A stretch of DNA of 64,000 nt from an uncultured Azohydromonas sp. (GTDB lineage: Bacteria > Pseudomonadota > Gammaproteobacteria > Burkholderiales > Burkholderiaceae_C), in contig NZ_CALAOH010000127.1 in assembly GCF_937926365.1 (NCBI RefSeq), positions 4,560 to 68,559 of the forward strand, written 5' to 3'. Positions 63,253-64,000 of the stretch are shown here, piece after piece. Made by a program: the position numbers and the translations under genes. Under the pieces are notes generated by a model. The model had not been told where the DNA came from. It saw only the letters and a program-made list of their open reading frames with translations, and did no database searches. The stretch's first letter is position 1. Every line of letters starts with the position of its first letter.

Positions 63253-63966
63253 TCACACCCGCGAGGCGCGCTGCGCGCGGGCGCGGGCCAGCGCGGCCTC
63301 GATCACGGAGCGTTTCCTGTCCAGCGTCTCGGGGTCCTGGTGGCGGCTGTGGGCGGGCAGGTCGGCCAGCTTGGTCTCGGCCTTGGCGATGAGTCGCTCG
63401 CGCGTGTCCTCCTCGGCCTGCGCCAGCCGCGCGCGGTGCGCGGCGTAGCGGCGGCGGGCTTGCTCGGCTTGTGCCGGACTCCAGGCCGCCCAGCCGGTGG
63501 CGGCGGTGATGGGCTCCAGCACGATGCAGTCCACCGGGCAGGCGGGGACGCACAGCTCGCAGCCGGTGCACTCGTTCTCGATGACGGTGTGCATGCGTTT
63601 GGTGGCGCCGGCAATGCAGTCCACCGGGCAGGCCTTGATGCACAGCGTGCAGCCGATGCACCAGGCCTCGTCGATGAAAGCCACCATGCGCGGCGCTTCG
63701 GTGCCGCAGCCTGCATCCAGCGGGCGTGTCGGCTGGCCGGTGAGTGTGGCCAGCCGACGCACGCCCTCGGCGCCGCCAGGTGGGCAGCGGTCGATGCCGG
63801 CCTCGCCGGCGGCCACGGCCTGCGCGTAGCCGCGGCAGTCCGGGTAGCCGCAGCGGGTGCACTGCGTCTGTGGCAGTTCGGCGTCGATGGCGGCGGCCAG
63901 ACCCTGCAGCGAGGGCAGGGCGGCGGCCGGTCTCAGCGCTGGGGTTGAGGCGACTTTTTCAGGCAC
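63253..63966 (-). CDS. rsxB: RnfB/RsxB-like ferredoxin (start uncertain)
   Basis: [47 protein letters not shown]. Confidence 0.92.
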   Translation of the reverse strand: MPEKVASTPALRPAAALPSLQGLAAAIDAELPQTQCTRCGYPDCRGYAQAVAAGEAGIDRCPPGGAEGVRRLATLTGQPTRPLDAGCGTEAPRMVAFIDEAWCIGCTLCIKACPVDCIAGATKRMHTVIENECTGCELCVPACPVDCIVLEPITAATGWAAWSPAQAEQARRRYAAHRARLAQAEEDTRERLIAKAETKLADLPAHSRHQDPETLDRKRSVIEAALARARAQRASRV

Positions 63967-64000
63967 CGGCTTTGGTCGTGGAACGCTTGGAGCGCGCGGG

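Noticed and set aside
62606..63966. rsxB next to nth without other rnf genes as a novelty
   Set aside because: This pairing is common in Betaproteobacteria, and the window ends here

Overview
GC-rich betaproteobacterial chromosome segment; gene content and order suggest Burkholderiales (inference). Most of it is housekeeping: acnA, mutL-dedA-amiC-tsaE-queG, xerD, porin, hslO, pnuC/NadR-like, ftsB-eno-kdsA-pyrG, mutS, suhB-trmJ-cysE, mog-yjgA-pmbA, a Liv-type ABC transporter, rpsU, 6S RNA-zapA-zapB-like, nth-rsxB. It also holds a complete assimilatory nitrate/nitrite reduction cluster (46.9-59.6 kb) and two families of intergenic REP-like palindromes. The best candidate for an undescribed system is the three-gene minus-strand operon at 63-2855. 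A MotA/MotB-type stator pair follows a 401-aa protein that reads by eye as cNMP-binding domain, Crp-like winged HTH, excisionase-like HTH and a FliG C-terminal (stator-contacting) domain, and no other flagellar gene lies in the window. Other notable items: a pseudo-receiver-ANTAR protein with two NarX/PilJ-type nitrate-box repeats, a PP2C-kinase gene inverted inside the nitrate operon, an orphan 1058-aa lipoprotein, and an Anbu protease translationally coupled to mutS. All calls come from motif recognition by eye; no database search was run.
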